Source: Leucoraja ocellata
Taxonomy: Eukaryota
Reading direction: 5' to 3'
Assembly: GCA_036785375.1 (NCBI GenBank)
Contig: JAWMAR010000788.1
Span: 434,001 to 498,000 of the forward strand
Length of the DNA stretch: 64,000 nt
The notes beneath the pieces were generated by a model. It searched no databases and was not told where the DNA came from. It was given only the letters and a program-made list of their open reading frames with translations. The translations under genes were made by a program, and so were the position numbers. Below, in pieces: positions 37,801 to 50,629 of this stretch. Position 1 is the first letter of the stretch; each line of letters begins with the position of its first letter.

Positions 37801-39866
37801 ACTTGCAATTATATTTTATTAGATGTATTTACTAAATCCAATGTGTTAACTCTGAAGGAAGCTTTTGGACTTCCCAACTCTGTGCAGTTTACATGCCTCA
37901 ACATCCAAACACATCTACGACCCAGCCCCAATACAAGATTTTATCTTGTACTTATATGATAATCACAGCAGGAACAATGTAATATGCAGCCGGCTGACCT
38001 CTCAGTTCCAAACTCCGCACTCTGTGGCTATTACACAATTCAATCTGTAGAAAGGTACAGCTTACAACTAAAAAAATGTACTCATCTCAAAGATAGCATT
38101 TGTGTAAGAAATCACAATATCCAAAGACCATACATACCGTAACACGCATGAACATTACAAAAATAAAACTGTTGACAATTATCTTGGATATATTAAATAC
38201 ACACAGCAAGAGCACCTTAATCGGTCTGTAACCGAATCTTGAATGACCAACTAATGTACATAATGAAATTACCCACTAAACTGGAGGTGCACATAATGTT
38301 AATTAGAAACCTTATGCTCAATTATTCCTAATCAGAATATCAATTACTCATATTTCAGTGGAAAAAATGCTTTGATTTCATGACATTTGGATGGGGGGGG
38401 GGGGGGGGGGGGGGGGTTAGAGAGAGGGAAAGGAGAGCAACTAAAGAACTCTGAAGGTCAAAATTGAAGAGTTGAAAAATTTGAAATGATCTACAAGACT
38501 AGAAAACAAGCTTCCAGAAAACTTGACCGCACTTTTCCACATTTTTATAATTAGCTAGGTTACGAGTCAGCCCTGTAGACAATTCCTCTGCAGTCAGTGG
38601 AAGCAATCAGGAACAAGGAAGAGGGGGCTTGGGTTAAGGGGTCCTGTCAAATTGCAGCCCTCAAACAATCTTCAGGGCAGAACTCTTGACTGAATGAAAG
38701 CCTGTGTATTAAACATATTTTAATGGTGTGCAACTTAATCACAGGATATGATAGGATTTTAGTTCAAATGTTCAGCAATGACTCGGTTGTGGGTAGTGAC
38801 AATTAACAAGATCTGACGTGGTCATATATGCACAACTGGTCTTTTCTGAAAATTATAGTTAAGTGGAAATATCTAGGTGGTAAATTACAAGACCATCATT
38901 TTAAACTACGTCTGATGCAAGAGAAAATATACAAGCAAAGTTTGAAATAACCGGCTCCAAGATTAAGGGACAGCCTTGCAACTAACTAACCGGGCATTTT
39001 CTACAATAGTAAAAAAAAATAATGGTACATAATTAAATAGCTTACTTGCTTTAAATGCGAAATCTCACTGAGTCGACGGCCATGAAGGTGTAGTAGTAGA
39101 ACGCAGGATGTAGATAATTTTTTGCCAATTGTAACAGTTGTAAAGGATAAAGATCTGTAGCCCACCAGGTTTTTTCTCCTCCTTTTGCTGTCCTCTCACT
39201 GTTTATATAATCAAATTTAGACAATGCACATGTACCTTACTGCGCAAGAGTCCACAGTGCACATGGAGTTGGGGAATATCTTGAAACCTGCCCCTTTCAC
39301 AGCAGATCTGTGTTAGCACCAACCATCTGAAATGCTACACGAACTGCACTCAGGTGAACGCCATGTTTTGTAAACAGCATTCCAATTGCATGTCCTGACC
39401 AGAAATCCTTCATACATTTTTTTTTAGACAGGTGAAGCAAATTTCATTTGCTGGTAGTCAAACGTCGATCTTTCAAAAGACGAGGTAGAAAAAAACCAAT
39501 CCTGCTTTTTCCAAGAGCAAAACAATTTTCTCTGTTGAAGCTGCTTTCTAATTTAAGTGCAACTTAAGCTCTTTTTATGGCTTTCAATGGTCACTGTCAG
39601 CATTATTGCACTTTTTCTATGCAGCTTAAACAGACTAGCGCTAGAATTTCTTCCAGACATGTTGTTCTTTTAACACAAGGAACTACTGGTAAAAAGCTCC
39701 ATTAATCTGGCAAACTGTATGTATTGCAGTGATAATTAGAAGTCACTGGTTGTCGGTTGGAAACTACGATGGGTGGTTTACAGAGAGTACGTGGGGCAGA
39801 GGGGAAACAGACTTTGCCAGCGCCAGGCTAGCAACAGGCTCAATTACTGAAAGAATTGACGCTAAC

Positions 39867-39989
39867 CTGTTTCAGAGTCGTTGCTCTCAGAGGAGCTGGA
39901 GTCACTGCTACTGTCTGACTCAGAAGAACTGCTGCTGCTTCTCATCCTTGATGGGCCTCCCACATCCATGCTTACGTCATGCTTCTCAG
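39867..39989 (-). CDS. BRD4: BRD4 exon 11 equivalent: SEED (Ser/Glu/Asp) tract
   Basis: (A)EKHDVSMDVGGPSRMRSSSSSSESDSSSDSSSSESNDSET; acceptor TACAG|, donor AG|GTTAGC; 123 nt, phase 1 to 1. Confidence 0.93.
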
Positions 39990-41685
39990 CTGTACAAAGA
40001 GAATTATTGTGTAAGTAACAGGACTAAGTAATCTGCTAAACATCAATACTGAAACTAACTGGCTTGTCTACAGTTTTAAGTTGCAATTTACCTTTGGGTT
40101 TTGTTGATTACTATCAATTATAGGCACTACTTAAGACAATGTTGTACATTAATACATTAGGAAGGAGTCACAATTCTTACTTATCTATTCTTAAAATGTT
40201 TTAAACAAGTTCCATAATTGTCATTTCAACTCAATTTGAAGAATCAGCCAAAATGAAGTTAAACTGGTTAACCTCTAAATGTTCAAGTTAATTAGGTGTC
40301 AACCTCAAATTTTACTGCAAACACCGTCAGGGCATCTATGAGAAAATGGACCCAATTCATAACGCTACTTCTCCCCGTCATAACAAGCAAATTAAACATA
40401 TTCTGTCTAAAAGAATGAAACTCTAAAATATTGAACAGATTGATAATTTAATAGTTTTCTCCTAATATAAGTGGATAGAGAATAATAATTAAAGAAACAA
40501 CAGATGTATGACAAGGTCTATCACTCAGGGAAATTCACTTTTTGCAAACAAAAATAAATGCAGGATACACCAGGTTACAAATTTGGGGTCAGTAAAAATA
40601 AAGGACAGCAAAGCAATGAAACCATTCCAAGTAGAGAAGACCTCACACGGAATAGTACTCAGTTCTGCTGTAATGTGATAATTGCGTTCGAGCGAAATCT
40701 TGTGTCACGGAAAATTTAAAACAATGTTGACAATGGAGAACGGAGGGTCTGGGGCAAGAGAGTTTTAGATTCGCAATAACCAAGTTACAAATGAGGGACT
40801 TTTTAATAGTGAAAATATTTTGAATATTGAATATTGAAAATATTAAAGTATCATAGAATGTCAATTGAACGGATTATATTTGTCAATTTCAATGGGTATC
40901 TGAGGTGAAACTTGCAGGCTGTTCTTAAGAGACAACGGCCTCTGATTATTGCAGGGAAGTTATGTGGAAACAACGGACTGTTTTTATTTTCCCCAAAGGG
41001 GCTATCTTTTTCTGCTTGTCAATTTCCAAAGTAACTTTAAGTGGTTCTCTAGCTCCCCATACAACTAATTCAGCCTGTATAAAACTGATAATGTTTCCCA
41101 ACTCATCAATTGTGTTCCATCCACTGAGTATTATGGAAACATGCGTTATAGCAGAACGACCTGCATTCGCATGAAAGTTATTAATTTAAGCACAAGTTCA
41201 AATTCCTGACTTATTGGATTCAATCATTGTAGAGTGCTTTTGAATACTCGTCGTGGACTAATGAGGTCAAGGCTAAACGCTGAGAATTATATTTAGGAAC
41301 AGGCCACATTGCAAATTATTTTCATACTTTGAATCAGAATGATTTTAGCAACGGACTACCCAAGTCCAAGACAGCAACTTATGAGTCTTGATATTCCAGC
41401 AGCTTCATGGGCATTCATTTATGGTAATCAAGTGTGCATGAGGAAGCTATGCTGAATCAACCCGAATGTCTTCACTCAATATAAAGCCACGATGAGCTCC
41501 TACTTTAATGCAGCCATCATACTTCGAGCATTAAGAATTGATTTTGACATACCTTCCCACTTAATTTAGTTTGCTTTACAATTTTGACAAATGCATTTTT
41601 TATTAATTTCACACACATTCCACAATAACTAACAATTGTTACATTAATATGAATAAAGATTAGTCAACTGTTACATTAATATGAA

Positions 41686-41782
41686 TCAGTATGAAGGGTC
41701 TTGACCTGAAACATCACCCATTCCTTCTCTGCAGAGATGCTGTCTGACCCGCTGAGTTAACCCAGCATTTGGTCTACCTTTG
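41686..41782 (+). mobile_element. Penelope-derived short element (degenerate hammerhead)
   Basis: GAAGGGTCTTGACCTGAAACATCACCCATTCCTTCTCTGCAGAGATGCTG. Confidence 0.7.
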
Positions 41783-42364
41783 AATCAAGATTAAGAGAGC
41801 AGGAGAGCTCCCAGTCCCTCCAACAAGTTCATATTATTGCTTAATAGAATTAGTTTATTATTTTATTTACACCAGCTCGTAAACCTAATCCATGAAAATA
41901 ATTTGGAAGGGGATTCAAATCGAAGCTGTGCACTCGATATACAAGGATATCCAAGTCCCTTGGACTGCTTTAAAAATTCAGCATTTCTGATTTTTCTACC
42001 AAAGCAGATAATCACACATTTTTATACTTTCTATTCCAACTGCCAAATTATTTAGCTTGACTCTATCACTTCTTCACATCCTCAGCACAACTCACATCCA
42101 CACTATTTTGTGTCATTAGAAATGTTACATTTTGTCCCATTGGCTAAAGTGTCAATAACAATTGTGGTAAATTTGGGACTAAAGCTCGAATTCCCATGGC
42201 ACTCAATGAAAGGGAACAATTTATACCCACTATGTTTTTTACTGTCCAACTCTCAATTCAAGCTAGTCTATTAGTTCCAATTCCACATGCTCAAACTTTT
42301 TTCGCCAACCCTTTGAGTGGAAATCAGAAGCCTTCCAAAAATGCAAATGTCCAAATCACACTAA

Positions 42365-42681
42365 TCACGGTGGCGCAGCGGTAGAGTTGCTGGCTTACAG
42401 CACTTGCAGCGACGGAGGCCCGGGTTCGATCCCGACTACGGGTGCTGTCTGTAGGAGTTTGTACGTTCTCCCCGTAACTGCGTGGGTTTTCTCCAAGATC
42501 TTTGGTTTCCTGCCACACTCCAAAGACGTACAGGTTTGTAGGTTAATTAGCTGATATAAGTGTAAATTGTCACTAATGTGTGTAGGATAGTGTTAATGTG
42601 CGGGGATTACTGGTCGGTGCGGACTGGGTGGGCTGAAGGGCCCGTTTCCGCGCTGTATCTCTAAACTAAAACTAAACTAAA
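42365..42681 (+). mobile_element. Near full-length tRNA-derived V-SINE
   Basis: A box TGGCGCAGCGG 42371-42381, B box GGTTCGATCCC 42423-42433, V domain, CR1-like tail and (CTAAA)n. Confidence 0.9.
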
Positions 42682-43754
42682 TCTATACTAGATATTTCAA
42701 AACATTGTGGAGTACAGAGGCAAATAAATAAACAATGGATCTTTGCCCCAAACATTATGGAGGGCACTGTGTATATCATCTGTATATGTTATTCATTTTT
42801 GGGCATATTAACTCCATCTGTAAATTTCTATACAAATTTATTTTTATAATATTTAGTATTTAGCATATAACAATATTTTTGGAAGATTTTTCATGTCCAT
42901 GACATCAAAATATTTGCCCCCCCCCCCCCCCAGGAGCTAAACATTTCCGATTCAGATAAAATAATAATAAAATGGCTAGCGATTAATGTATGTGTGAAAA
43001 AACTGATTAAAAAGTCAGGAGTTCACACAGTTGCACCACAGTTTGTGCACATGCTGCGTAGCTGTGACAAAATAATTATTCACCATTTGAAGTTGTCTTT
43101 ATTTAATCTCTTGTTACTTTTCTTGAGATACAGATTTCTATACAAAATTTAAGTAATATATGGGTCTGAAATCAAGAGGCAAGTAGATAATAGGGCAGGT
43201 TAAATGGTGGACATCACTGGAGATAGCCTGGTATTTTGTCCTATAGCTTCCGAGCATAACTTTTCTCAGAGACAGTTCACAAGTCATCAAAAAGATTGAT
43301 TTATTACTTGATGTAACAAGATTCGGGACTTTAATAATTCCGTTACTGCACCCACTCACATTGAAGTAAGTGAACAGTGGAACATGAAGAACATTGTCTC
43401 CGTTTATTGTTATCATGTTATAAACTTAAACAGGTCCTTGAATCTTCGTGAGCACAGTATAAGCATAATTGACTGCTAGATACAAGTAAGGCATAGGGTC
43501 AAATATCAAGTTACAGACAAGGCAATACTCATGAATAACATACTCTGATAAGGTAGTGCTGGCAATTCATGGAATTTACAAATGTGTCCTTCAGCTTAGA
43601 TTAGCTATGAATTATTTGCTCTCAAAGGTAACTTCAGGCAGGGTTCATTAGACGGCAGTTCGTTTCACAAGAGACATAGATTTTCACTGATGAAACATTC
43701 ATAGACGATGATTTGTGCAGGAGCAAATATTAATGAGCATTTACTTTTGTGTAC

Positions 43755-43927
43755 TGACCAGATTGTATACTTTTCTAGGATATGAGAGTGGGAGAAAACC
43801 GAAGATATCGGCGAAAACCCACGCAGGTCACGGGGAGAACATACAAACTCTGTGCAGACAAGCGCCCGTAGTCAGGATCGCACCCGGGTCTCTGGCATTG
43901 TAAGGCACGTAGTCACCGTGTCGCCCA
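43755..43927 (-). mobile_element. V-SINE 5' half
   Basis: GAAAACCCACGCAGGTCACGGGGAGAACATACAAACTC...GGATCGCACCCGGGTCTC (reverse B box). Confidence 0.75.
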
Positions 43928-44299
43928 TGTTCTTCTACTTTTCCCAGTAAGATAATCATACCTGGCCATAATTAGCATCTCAAAAGTAACCTCAAAGCAA
44001 CAATTACACAAATTCTTGACCCACATTGATTCATGCGTTGCAAAAAACACAGCAACTGGACTCCTCCTCTTTATCTATCCATTTCCCATGTCAGACTCTA
44101 CACATCTGTCACAGATGCAGAACATTGCTAAACAATGAAAATGAATGGCTTGAAATGTACAACTTGTTGCAACTATTGTCAACTATCATTTTCAGCAACT
44201 ACTACATCGCAGTGGCCCAAATGAAGCAAGGCAGGTTAATGGTTAAATACAGCTAATCCAGACTTAAAATGCATGCGAGCCAGACTTTGCGTGACTTAT

Positions 44300-44711
44300 T
44301 GTGTAAAAATGAACTGCAGATGCTGGTTTAAACTGAAGATAGACACAAAAAGCTGGAGTAACTCAGCGGGACAGGCAGCATCTCTGGAGAGAAGGAATGG
44401 GTGGCATTTCGGGTTGAGACCATTCTCAGACTGGTTAGGTATAAGGGAAACGAGAGATAGACGGTGATGTGGAGAGATAAAGAACAATTCTGCCATTGTC
44501 AGATTGAGGCTAAATGCTGTTTCCTTTATTATCTTTACTTTTTTGCATATCTTTCATTCATTTTTCTTTATCTCTGCACATCACCGTCTATATCTTTCGT
44601 TTCCCTTATCCCTAACCAGACTGAAGAAGGGTCTCGACCCAAAATGTCACCCATTCCTTCTCTCCAGAGATGCTGCCTGAGCCGCTGAGTTACTCCAGAT
44701 TTTAGTGTCTA
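44300..44711. mobile_element. Penelope-derived fold-back element with about 145-bp inverted arms
   Basis: Arms about 44340-44487 and 44560-44711; CTGAAGAAGGGTCTCGACCC-AAAATGTC (hammerhead with GAAA mutated to AAAA). Confidence 0.82.
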
Positions 44712-45999
44712 CGAGAGACTTATTGACAGGAGAGCAGGGGTCGGGAAGAAAAACGTTCCTCCCAAGGTGAGGATCATGAGTGATTATGACGGAAGACGTT
44801 AAGATAACGAGAACAGATAGCTGTTCATAATGGCAACATTTCTATTTGCAGGGGTTAGGAGAACAATGGAACAAAATGTTAGTTTATGTGCAGATTTGCC
44901 ATAAACCTTCCAAACAGTGTGTGACTTGTGTTTAGTCATGACAAAGTAGAGTTAAGAAGAATATTCAGTAACATGAACAGTGACTGTGCAGATCCCTGGA
45001 TTGGTTTGATCAATTTAAAGATATTAGAGACGAATTTTCAAAGATTATTTATATATTACTTCGGATTTCACCGTAATCAATGGTTATTGATTTAACATAC
45101 ATCATGATACTCAAAATGATGGCATAGTCCCATGTACTTTAAACTATTGCAGTCCTGCTTTCGCTTCCTAGCTATCAAAGATTTTCAAAATCTTTGATGG
45201 TACTTTAAAAAAAATCTTTGATGTTTTATTCTTTGTAGAATTTACCTTCCCTGAGAAATTGCTTGAACAAATTCTCTAGTTAAATCTCCAAATATTGAAA
45301 TGTTCATTTTATCTGACCCTCTGCTAGTAACAATGTATCTAAAGCACTTTCAATCAGCTGGTACTAGACTCACATTAACATGGTCTCTTACCACAATGTT
45401 CCTTCATATAACCAGGCAAAGTCACCCGGGGGACAAGAAATACAGCAACCGGAAAAACATCACTTCCTTACAACATGGTAATCAAGAAAACTTAACCAAA
45501 GAACAAGGAGGGTTATGCTTTCGTACATTAATGTATTTCTTCAATAACTGACTTCTAAAAATATCTGCATCATTCCATTCAATTACATAAAACATGCAAG
45601 ACCATTTTACTTCCAATTAAATACTTGTTAAGTATAACAATAGCTCAAACGTAGCTTTACAGTGTGGTTCCACCCACAACTTCATTGTTTGAGCATAATC
45701 ATGATTTAACACATTTATCAACACTGGACATATTACAGCCAAGCACTATTATAGCTTTCTGGGTTTCAGTAGGAATAACCGTAATGAGACCTAGAGTACA
45801 AGATCATTCCAACTTACCCGCACCACAAAAAACACAGGGCAGAAAGGCAATTGCTGCATCCATATCATCATCCATGCTGATACAAAATTGTTCAGCTCAA
45901 GCATAGAACGAAACCCAAAGGAAAACCGTTTCATTTTTTTGGGAGGCCAGGATTTATTGTCCATCCCAAAATGCCTTTGAAAATGAGGTGGTGAACTGA

Positions 46000-46990
46000 A
46001 CTGTTGAACTGAATTTTGAACTGCTTCAGAGATTTTGGTGAAGGAACTCCATTGTTGACGCGGACTACCAGGATTTTGAACCAGCAATGATGAAATAATA
46101 GCAATAACCTTCCAAATCTGGATGATGTGCAGTACAAAGGGGAAACTGCACATGCTAATGTCCCATATGCCTAACGTCCCTATTCATCTTAGTGATGAGA
46201 GGTTTTTGGCTTGGGAAAACCTTTCCTCGTGATCCTGATGAGAAACTGCAGTGCATTTGTGGATGGCACACGGTGCAGCCACCGATCCAGGAAAGGGAGA
46301 GAAGTCCAACACACTCCCGAATTGTGATAAGGCTTCAGGAGATGATTCGTTCACTGAAAGATAATTGTATCTGAGCTGGTCTCATAACCACATTATTGAT
46401 GTGGCTGGCTCTTTTGAGCTTCTGGTCAATGGTTTGGAGTGGAGTCACCAAAGTAAAACCAAAACTGGGCAGCAGCCATTTGTCGGCACTGTTAATTAAT
46501 GATTGAGAGTAGGTAGTAATGTGAAATCATATTTCTTTTTGTGAACGGTATATGTGGTCCTTTTTCCACATGATCAAGCAGATACCAGTGTTGCTTCTGG
46601 AACAGCTTGGCTGGAGAGAGTTCATCAACTGCAGTTCTACAATGAGGATTACTGGAGCCAGCAGCCTTTTTTGTAGCTAGTGTTCGCAGTAGTTTCATGT
46701 CACATGAAGTGAATCAAATAGATTGAACACTGTCTTCTGTGAAGGTTTGACCATGTAAAGTATCATTATCAATGGCAAAGGCATTGGCTTCTTCTTCGGC
46801 ACTAATGTACCAGCTGCCCACTATTGTCAAGTATGGGGATATACTATGAGCTGTTGTTGCATCCCAATAGCATCTTCCTGTCCACCATCATTCATGACTA
46901 AATGTGTTTGGATTGCAAAGATTTGATCTGATGGTTGAGACTGCTTACTGCATGCTGTCTAACAAATAAGTAGTGTTTTGTTGCAGCTTC
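46000..46990 (-). mobile_element. Old CR1-like LINE fragments
   Basis: Degenerate CR1-type sequence, partly similar to 60810-61085. Confidence 0.4.
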
Positions 46991-47274
46991 AAGTCAGAAC
47001 CATACAAACATCAAGAAATCTCAAAATTGTAGTCGTATAAGTTTTCATTTAAAACTAATTCTTGTTTTCTGTAAGGAGTAAATTTCTGGCCCACAACATT
47101 TTGAACCAAGACCATGAGTGTACAGTTCATTTCAGTGTCTTGGTGCTCAGTGGGAAGTGTTGCATCAGTTGCAAAGTGGTCAGGTTTCATCTCATTATTG
47201 CATTCCAGTAAACAGAATGAAAGACAAACAAATGTTGCCAGTCCATTAGATATCTAAAAATCACTTGATATTGA

Positions 47275-48067
47275 TCACCCGACTGAATGGTACCAGAAAA
47301 ACAACCTTGCTCTCAACGTCAGTAAAACTACGGAAATTATTGTTGGCTTTTGAAGAAGCAGCTGAGGATGCACGAACCTGCCTTCATCGAAGGTCGGATG
47401 TGGAGAGGGTCAATAACTTCCAAGTTCCTAGGTATGCATATCTCTGAATATCTGTCCTGGGATAGCATATTTATACAATCATAAAGTAAGCCCATCAATG
47501 CCACAACTAGCTTAGAAGATGGGGGATTTTCAGAACATTGATGAATACTCTCTTGAATTTATACAGCTGTACGGTAGAGCACATATTGACTAGTTGCATC
47601 ACAGCCTGGTTTGGCAACTCAAACGCTCAGGAACAAAGGAGAGAAAAGTGGTGTATACTGACTGCCCAGTCCGTCAAAGGTACTGACCTTCCCACCATCA
47701 AAGGGATCTACTGGAGGTGCTGCCTGAAAAAGGCAGTCAACATCATTAAGAATCCACACCATCCTGCCCATGCTCTCATTTCACTCAAGAATCCTGAAAA
47801 CTGTAATGTCCAGATCCAAGTACAGCTTCTTCCCAACTACCATCGGGAAATTGAATGTTGCAGAACTACGAACTGCCTTGTCTTCGGGCTTCGGCACAAA
47901 TTGTTTTTAAATAAATATATATTCATTTAACTTCTTCGTTATGTTTGTTTATTATATTATCTATTGAGTACTCTGCTTAGAAACCTATTGTGCTGCTGCT
48001 GCACGCAAGAATTTAATTGTTCCATTTTGGTGCATATGATAATAAAACACGCTTGACTTCTGACTTG
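47275..48067 (+). mobile_element. Old Rex1-type LINE 3' fragment
   Basis: NLYSCTVEHILTSCITAWFGN, LKKAVNIIKNPHHPAH; AATAAA plus (CTTGA)n tail. Confidence 0.8.
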
Positions 48068-48614
48068 AATATCATTGCAGCTGAGTCTCGTTAAAACTTG
48101 TAAAAACATCAATGCCAATGTGTTGCAAAATGAATCACAGCCTTCGTGCTTGTGAAACTTAAATTATGCAATACTTCATGCACTGGATTTAATTCCAAAA
48201 TGCCACAAATTACACAGAATTTTGCAATATTGCAGCTGTCCTTATAAGACAGTTTCGTAAGAAACCAGTGTCTCGATCTCTCAAATACTCTACAAACAAG
48301 GGTGTGATTCTGTGGCTGTGTGGAATGCCCAAATCTGGCATTAACTGTACACTCTTATCTACAGAAGAGATAAACCTCAACCTTCAAAAGTGAGCGTATC
48401 CATACAGCAGTGATAACTGGGAACAATTAAAACAGTCAGGCTTTTCAGTAGCTTGTTACCAGCCATTTGCATTGAAATGCTCAATCATTTAAGAGATTGG
48501 AATGAGAGAGGGGGAGAGAGGAAAAGTGATGTTTCACAATTCAATGCAAGTTTAAATTTATCAACATCAAAAGACAAGGCAAAATCCATCTTGAATCACA
48601 AAGACTTCAAACAT

Positions 48615-48975
48615 GACATAAGAACATTTGAGTAAGCCACTCAGCTCATAAGCCTATTTCCTAAACAAGATGATCATGGCTAATATTTTCCTCGGTTTCA
48701 GCTTCTGGAGTTAAACTCATTTAATTTACTTTCTTAATATATTGACTTCCATCGTGAATATTTACAGCAACCGAATCTCATGTTCCTTGGATAAAAAATT
48801 CCAAAGATTCATCCTCAGTGATGAAATGTCTTCTTATTTCAGTCCAGAAGAGCCAACACTTGAATTTGAAACTAATCTTTGGTTCCAGATTTCTAGCCAT
48901 GCAAACATTATCCTTCCATCAACCTGTCAACCTCCATTACAGTTTTCTATGCTTCAATGTAATCACCTTTAATAC
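48615..48975 (-). mobile_element. Old CR1 3' fragment
   Basis: CATAAGAACAT...GCCACTCAGC...GATCATGGCT reverse CR1 tail. Confidence 0.5.
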
Positions 48976-49268
48976 TATAGATAAGTGTTTAATCTCTACA
49001 TATACAGGTAGTTCTGCTGTAAATGCGATAGTTGAGTTCCTTAGAAACCTTCGGTTATAGAAAATGGAGTTATTAAAAACAATTGAGTTAATGGGAAGAA
49101 AAGTGAGCTAGGGGCTGAGACCAATTAGTTATTTTTCCCATACAGGGTTTTCAAACAATGTTTTTCTAATAGCTATAAGTTTAATTTTGTTACTGAAAGC
49201 TGTATGTAACATTATTTAATAGAGTATCATTGCACAAGTGTCAATGGAAACGATTGCTTGTCAATTTC

Positions 49269-49487
49269 GTAGTCAGGAACTGCAGATGTTGGTTTACACC
49301 GAAGATAGACACAAAATGCTGGAGTAACTCAGCGGGACAGGGAGCATCTCTGGATAGAAGAAATGGGTGATGTTTCAGGTCAAGATCGTTCTTCAGTCTG
49401 AAGGGTCTCGACCCAAATCGTCATCCAGTCCTTCAATCTAGAGATGCAGCCTGTCCTGCTGAGTTACTCCAGCAATTTGTGTCTAAC
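49269..49487. mobile_element. Penelope-derived fold-back element with a 15-bp TSD
   Basis: TTGCTTGTCAATTTC at 49254-49268 and 49488-49502; inverted arms. Confidence 0.82.
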
Positions 49488-49759
49488 TTGCTTGTCAATT
49501 TCTCAAGCCACTGGCCTCTGTTCTTACGAGACAATGGTTACAATGGGACAGTTACATAGAAGATATTTGTCCCTTCAATTTCTCTCTCCCCCCCCCCCCC
49601 CCCCTCCCCACCCACCAAGACAGTTTTGTCTCTGCTGGTCAATTTTCAAAGTAACATCAGTTCCCTCATTTCTGATCAAAATTGCATTCTTACCAATTTG
49701 ACCCACATAATACAGTAATGTTCCCTAATTCGTCAATTATGTTATACCCAATTAGAGAT

Positions 49760-49890
49760 ATGAGTTGAGATTGCAACCTTCACGTGGTCCGCCCTGTTTT
49801 GACAAATGCAATCAACCTGGCGTGCACAATCAAATAGAACAAGTTGTCCTACAACTTTAGGCTGTGCACGCCATACGCAAGAAGAAGAAG
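49760..49890 (+). mobile_element. Short retroposon 3' end with nested stem-loop and (AAG)n tail; family uncertain (Vingi/RTE-like?)
   Basis: TGGCGTGCACA/TGTGCACGCCA inverted repeat, then TACGC(AAG)4. Confidence 0.5.
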
Positions 49891-50629
49891 TTCTTGGGTT
49901 CAGTGTACGAAATTAGAGAAAAGACAGGAGAAGATACAACTATAATCCCATTGCTCTGGTCTGAAACTGTAAATGAAAGAATCATGCTCTCACTTTTACC
50001 AGTGAACCTCTGGCTTCCTGTTTTAATGTGATACATTTCCATACAAACAATTTTCTATCAGCAGAATTTATGATTTTTAAATAATTGTTAATTTCATATG
50101 TTACTGTCATGACAAGAAATAATGATCTGGAAGAACCAGCATTAAAATTGATTTCTCATCATAGGCAGAATACAGGACCATGTAGAACTCGATTTGTAGC
50201 AAAGCTTTGAAAAAAAAAAAAAAAAATCACATCTTACCCGCTGCCTACGATTGCAGTGATTACCTGCAGTACACATCCAGATTAAACAAATAAGACCGTT
50301 TCAATCTATTAAATCACAAATACTGATGAAATCACCACCATACCTCTCAACTGTATGCTTTTTTAAATTACGGTGACACAATATAAAGCTGCACACATTG
50401 AAATAGCAGCCAAATTAAACCAATCAAAATCAGGCAATTTACAAATGCTACCAAAAGCCGCATTCTTCTGAAAGCATAACCCAGAATTCTGTCAATCCAC
50501 GCATTGCAGTTTGAGAGGTATGTGCACCACAAAATTAAAGCTATTACAAATACGTACAAATTTATTTTAACCTTGGCCCCAACCTAGGATAACCTAAGGA
50601 TCTACTTCACAAGGTTGCACTACACCAAC

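Noticed and set aside
38393-38415. Poly-G tracts (also near 4899-4917) as functional G4 elements
   Set aside because: Mononucleotide runs are common here and nothing else supports function
41633-41686. Approx. 20-bp direct repeat TGTTACATTAATATGAAT
   Set aside because: A small local duplication next to a PLE insertion, with no sign of function
42371-42433. tRNA gene
   Set aside because: The A and B boxes are the head of a V-SINE that continues into a V domain and LINE-like tail
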